DNA of 64,000 nt. It comes from a virus (lineage: Duplodnaviria; Heunggongvirae; Uroviricota; Caudoviricetes). This document shows positions 60,265 through 64,000 of the stretch, in pieces. Where the stretch lies: IMG/VR virus record IMGVR_UViG_3300046820_001896; one strand, given 5' to 3'. The position numbers and the translations under genes were made by a program. The first letter of the stretch is position 1. Each line of letters begins with the position of its first letter. The notes under the pieces are model-generated. The model ran no database searches. It was not told the DNA's origin and saw nothing but the letters and a program-made list of their open reading frames with translations.

Positions 60265-61656
60265 ATGGCAACGATTATTAAAATCAAAAACTCGGGCACA
60301 AGCGGCTCACCAAGTACGCTTGCAACAGGAGAGTTAGCCTATTCATATCTATCACAAGATTCTATTGAAGGTCTTGTTGTTGCCAATGGCGGTGATCGCT
60401 TATATATTGGTACTGGTGACGAAGTTGCTGGTGAAGCAACAAACATCGTACATATTGGCGGTAAGTATTATATGGATATGTTGGATCACCAAAACGGTGT
60501 TCTAACAGTTAATTCTGCAGTAATTACAGATTCTAACAATAAAGTAAATCAATTTAACGTTGATAACTTACGTTTAGATGCTAATACACTTTCTATCACA
60601 GAAACAAACGGTGATTTACGTTTAGCAGCTAATGGTACTGGTAAAATCCGTTTTGACTCTGACTTAGTATTAGACACATCTGCTGTTGATACTATCAGTT
60701 CTTCACGTGAAGATGGTAATATTTTTATTGCCCCAGGTTCTACTGGTTATGTTCAGTTCTCTTCACAAAACGCTATTCGTTTACCAGTAGGTAATACATC
60801 AACACGCGACTCATCACCTTTACAAGGTATGGTACGTTATAACACTACGGATGGTTGGTTTGAAGGTTATGACGGTACAGACTGGATTTCGTTAAATCGT
60901 TTAATTGATTCAGCATCTTCTGGTAATGATACAAAGATTACTGTTGAAAATGCAACAGGTGTAAACAATGATCAAATCCGTATGTGGACTGACGGTGTTG
61001 AACGTCAACGTGTTGAAGCAACTGGTGAAACAAAGTTCTCTGATGATTTAACAGCAGTATCTCCAGTTGGTACACAAATCAAGAACAATAGAATTTCTAC
61101 ATTCGGTTCTGACATTCTTTACCTTGATCCATCAACAGGTGTATCAAATACTGGTTCTGTTGTTATTGAAGGTAACTTAACTATCAAGGGTGTTACAACA
61201 ACAGTTTCAGCTGCATCAGCACAGTCAAATAATCCTACAATGATTTTAGGTTATCAATCTGATGCTGAAGGTGCAGAAACTGCAATGACTGCGCCTGATG
61301 GTCTTGATAAAGGTATTGAATTTAGATGGCACAATGGTACTGCAGCTAAATCAGGTTTCTTTGGTTATGATTCATCTGCAAAGCGCTTCACATTCATTGA
61401 AGATGCTACTAACTCAGACGATGCATTCTCTGGTACACCATCAGATGTACGTTTCGGTAATGCATTACTAACAGAACTATCATTCTCTGTATTCACAGCT
61501 AACTCAGTACCTTGGGTTGATGTGAACGGTGACACATCATTTATTACTGGCGATGATGCTAGCGTATATAATGGTGGTGACACAACTGGTCAAGTTTTAC
61601 AAATGAATTCATCTGGTCTTCCAGTATTCAGCCATATTGATTGTGGCACATATTAA
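60265..61656 (+). CDS. tail-fibre-like protein (463 aa)
   Basis: N-terminal IKIKNSGTSGSPSTLATGELAYSY is the conserved fibre N-terminus seen in many myoviruses (from memory). Confidence 0.65.
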   Translation: MATIIKIKNSGTSGSPSTLATGELAYSYLSQDSIEGLVVANGGDRLYIGTGDEVAGEATNIVHIGGKYYMDMLDHQNGVLTVNSAVITDSNNKVNQFNVDNLRLDANTLSITETNGDLRLAANGTGKIRFDSDLVLDTSAVDTISSSREDGNIFIAPGSTGYVQFSSQNAIRLPVGNTSTRDSSPLQGMVRYNTTDGWFEGYDGTDWISLNRLIDSASSGNDTKITVENATGVNNDQIRMWTDGVERQRVEATGETKFSDDLTAVSPVGTQIKNNRISTFGSDILYLDPSTGVSNTGSVVIEGNLTIKGVTTTVSAASAQSNNPTMILGYQSDAEGAETAMTAPDGLDKGIEFRWHNGTAAKSGFFGYDSSAKRFTFIEDATNSDDAFSGTPSDVRFGNALLTELSFSVFTANSVPWVDVNGDTSFITGDDASVYNGGDTTGQVLQMNSSGLPVFSHIDCGTY

Positions 61657-61675
61657 TTAATTATAAGGATATATT

Positions 61676-61879
61676 ATGTCAGCTATTGAAGCGAGTCAAG
61701 ATTTTGTTAATAAGTTTGTAGAGAGACAACAACGAGCTATTGCGGATCTAATGAATAAAGTAATTTTATTAGAAACGCAATTAGCAGTTGCACAAGATAG
61801 AGTTAAAGCTTTAGAAGCTGTAGCTCAAAAAGAAGATAAAAAAGAAGACTTTAAGTCGTCAGAAATTAAAGAAGACTAA
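61676..61879 (+). CDS. small coiled-coil protein (67 aa)
   Basis: RBS aagga. Confidence 0.5.
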   Translation: MSAIEASQDFVNKFVERQQRAIADLMNKVILLETQLAVAQDRVKALEAVAQKEDKKEDFKSSEIKED

Positions 61880-62349
61880 TGGCAACTAATGGTACAACAG
61901 TAACGCTAAAGAAGAATACTACACATGATGTAGAACCTACTTCTTTATATCAAGCTGAATTAGCAATTAATACAGCTGATGCAAAAATCTTCGCGCAACG
62001 TGATGATGGTGTTATTTTGTCCCAATCTATTGGTACAGTTCAAGCTAATTATTATGTAGCTAGTACTACTACATCAAATCAAGTTATTGATTCATTTGAT
62101 GCAACGATTTATCGTTCTGCAAAATATGTAGTACAGTGTACACATGCAACGCTAGGTTATCAAACAATTGAAATTTTAGTAATGCACGATGGTACAAATG
62201 TTTATATTACTCGTTATGGTTTAATGTTTACTGCTAATGAATTAGCAGAATTTAGTGTAGCTAAAGATGATGATCAAATACAACTCTTAGCAACACCAAC
62301 AAATACCAATACAACGTTTAAATTCACAAGAACCGTTGTTCAGGCATAA
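61879..62349 (+). CDS. fibre-associated structural protein (156 aa)
   Basis: TAATG overlap. TLKKNTTHDVEPTSLYQAELAINTADAKIF echoes the fibre N-terminal motif. Confidence 0.55.
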   Translation: MATNGTTVTLKKNTTHDVEPTSLYQAELAINTADAKIFAQRDDGVILSQSIGTVQANYYVASTTTSNQVIDSFDATIYRSAKYVVQCTHATLGYQTIEILVMHDGTNVYITRYGLMFTANELAEFSVAKDDDQIQLLATPTNTNTTFKFTRTVVQA

Positions 62350-62350
62350 G

Positions 62351-62358
62351 TATAAATA
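62351..62358 (+). promoter_or_regulatory. TATAAATA motif only 7 nt before an ATG (function doubtful)
   Basis: Exact motif, but the spacing leaves no leader. Confidence 0.25.
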
Positions 62359-62364
62359 CAAGAT

Positions 62365-62646
62365 ATGGCAACAATTAATAAAGCATTCATCGTAAAAGAT
62401 AACTTAGTTATTGATCAAGCACCTGGTCGACAATTTGTCATTCCAGTTGGGCTTGACGCCGATAGACCAGGTGTTAATGGTTTACCTGAACCAATTCCTG
62501 GAACTATTCGTCTTAATGAAAATAGAGGCGTTGTAGAAATTTTTAATAGTTCTGAAGAATGGCAATCTGTTGCTTCTGCTGGTGATGCTGTCAACGCTCA
62601 AGGTGCTGAAGAAATTGCTTTAGTACAATCAATTATTTTTGGATAA
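62365..62646 (+). CDS. hypothetical structural protein (93 aa)
   Basis: ORF in the fibre operon. Confidence 0.5.
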   Translation: MATINKAFIVKDNLVIDQAPGRQFVIPVGLDADRPGVNGLPEPIPGTIRLNENRGVVEIFNSSEEWQSVASAGDAVNAQGAEEIALVQSIIFG

Positions 62647-62649
62647 GAT

Positions 62650-62991
62650 ATGGCATCAGTAAGTAATATCACAAATAAAGTACTTAAGAATTTAGGTAAA
62701 GATGAACAAACATTGATTTCAACATCATCTGTTCAAAAAGGCGCATGCGTTGGTTTAAGTCTTGCTAATTTAACACAACAAGTTGTTAAAGCATCGGTAT
62801 TTGTTACCGATGCGACTGATGTTAAAGGTTACTATATTAAAGATTTAGAGATTGCTCCTAATAGTAGTGCACGAATTATTAACGGTGGTGAAAAGTTATT
62901 GCTAGCACCATCTAATTCTGTAAGCGTTGTATGTGATACGTGGGATGCATTAGATGTTGTATTCTCTCTTGTTGTTATTACATACTCATAA
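62650..62991 (+). CDS. small beta-rich structural protein (113 aa), distant paralogue of 57082-57441
   Basis: See 57082-57441. Confidence 0.55.
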   Translation: MASVSNITNKVLKNLGKDEQTLISTSSVQKGACVGLSLANLTQQVVKASVFVTDATDVKGYYIKDLEIAPNSSARIINGGEKLLLAPSNSVSVVCDTWDALDVVFSLVVITYS

Positions 62992-63000
62992 GGTTAATAT

Positions 63001-63798
63001 ATGACAACACCATACGTTTTAGGTCAATCAGTAGGAGATTTTGAAAATTCTCCTGGCGTATATCTTTTTGCTTTGCGCCGCACAGAAGAAGGTGATTTAT
63101 ATCTTCTTAAAGTAAATTTAAATGATCCAAATGATTCAGCACAATTATTTGGTGACGATATGCCTGCAGAATTTGCAGACTATACATTTCCTGGCGACGA
63201 CTATTTCGATGGTCGTGACGAAGCCAGATTATTAGAATATAGTACAGATGATGTAAAATATGAGCAATGGAAATGGGAAGATTCAATTAGATCTTACTAC
63301 ATTGACACGGAAGGTAATTTTGTATTAGTTACTGGTGAAAATATTGAATTGCCAGCAATCGAAGATATACAAATTCCAACTGGTCATGAACAAACGTTTG
63401 ATATTGTTGGAGAAAACTTCAATATTAATTTATACGATAAACTAATTTCAATGGGTTGGAATGGTTTATCTGAAGTAACTGTGAATATTACTGGTAATAT
63501 CGGTTCTACGAATCCAGTAAAACCTGCATTATTGATCACTAAACAATTTAAGAATGGTTTGACGATCATAAATACAGGTAATATCATAGGATGTAACGGC
63601 AATTTACAACACGATCCTGTAGATAATAGATATAATGGCGTTGCTATTGTAGTTGAAACTACAGTTGATTCATTTACAAACAGCGGACTTGTCAAGGCTG
63701 GCTCATTTAATAGAGCTTACGCTAATGTTTTCAGAGGATTTAATAATATTGATTCTTGGCAAAACAACGGTGGATCTTGGATAGGTTACGACGATTAA
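63001..63798 (+). CDS. hypothetical structural protein (265 aa)
   Basis: RBS aaggt. Confidence 0.6.
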   Translation: MTTPYVLGQSVGDFENSPGVYLFALRRTEEGDLYLLKVNLNDPNDSAQLFGDDMPAEFADYTFPGDDYFDGRDEARLLEYSTDDVKYEQWKWEDSIRSYYIDTEGNFVLVTGENIELPAIEDIQIPTGHEQTFDIVGENFNINLYDKLISMGWNGLSEVTVNITGNIGSTNPVKPALLITKQFKNGLTIINTGNIIGCNGNLQHDPVDNRYNGVAIVVETTVDSFTNSGLVKAGSFNRAYANVFRGFNNIDSWQNNGGSWIGYDD

Positions 63799-63838
63799 TT
63801 TTAGAGCACTCAAACTGCAATATCAAAGGGAATAACAA

Positions 63839-64000
63839 ATGGCAGAGTTTAAACTAGGTAGACTTAAATTCGTATGGAAAGGTCAGTGGACTGCTTCTGC
63901 TACGTATGTAAAAGATGACATCGTTCGTCACGGTGGTAAATCTTATGTGTGCGTACAAGGACACGTTGCTGGTGGTACTCTATACTCAGATTCTGCCAAA
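63839..64000 (+). CDS. tail-fibre-like protein, 5' fragment (runs off the window)
   Basis: The ATG at 63839 gives MAEFKLGRLKFVWKGQWTASATYVKDDIVRHGGKSYVCVQGH, an N-terminal repeat type common in fibre proteins. The ORF is open to the window end. Confidence 0.6.
   Translation, partial: MAEFKLGRLKFVWKGQWTASATYVKDDIVRHGGKSYVCVQGHVAGGTLYSDSAK

Overview
This 64-kb window reads as a slice of a large, AT-rich tailed dsDNA phage genome, distantly T4-like. T4 hallmark genes I recognise by eye are gp59 and gp32 (18987-20550), gp4 diverging from gp53 (33821-35922), and gp5, gp25, gp6 and gp8 (37181-44394). I saw no integrase, transposase, rRNA or CRISPR array. Layout: (1) 53-2974 is a tRNA array with 12 confident tRNAs and 4 aberrant tRNA-like elements, interleaved with small ORFs and a GroES-like gene. 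(2) 3.0-9.0 kb holds early and accessory genes (HNH endonuclease, 2OG-Fe(II) oxygenase, metallophosphoesterase), small membrane proteins, a PAAR protein and a GH19-type endolysin. (3) 9.1-12.8 kb is a five-gene minus-strand cassette of secreted and membrane proteins, including a 647-aa protein with eight 22-aa two-Cys repeats. (4) 12.8-29.3 kb is a plus-strand early/replication region driven by at least 10 copies of one sigma70-like promoter (ATGTACA-N17-TATAAT). It contains an ArfA-like mini-ORF, an SPFH lipoprotein, a GT25-like transferase, a SleB-like hydrolase, gp59, gp32, a vWA protein, an AAA ATPase and many tiny overlapping ORFs. (5) 28.5-29.1 kb is a repeat-rich non-coding hub. (6) 29.4-34.3 kb is a minus-strand tail block (tape-measure-like, tube-fold, gp4-like). 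(7) 34.3-64.0 kb is a plus-strand baseplate and tail-fibre block with T4-type TATAAATA late promoters. The most unusual feature sits inside the tail-fibre operon at 52092-57069. It comprises a 136-aa protein with 18 Cys in residues 63-130 (ending in (Cys-Ala)6), a radical SAM/SPASM enzyme, two tandem paralogous small proteins, an unknown protein, an asparagine-synthetase/lasso-cyclase-like PP-loop enzyme and a cupin-like protein. I interpret it as a RiPP-like maturation cassette acting on a virion-associated or fibre-associated Cys-rich protein. All calls come from manual reading of the sequence and the ORF track. Family assignments are motif recognition from memory, not database hits.
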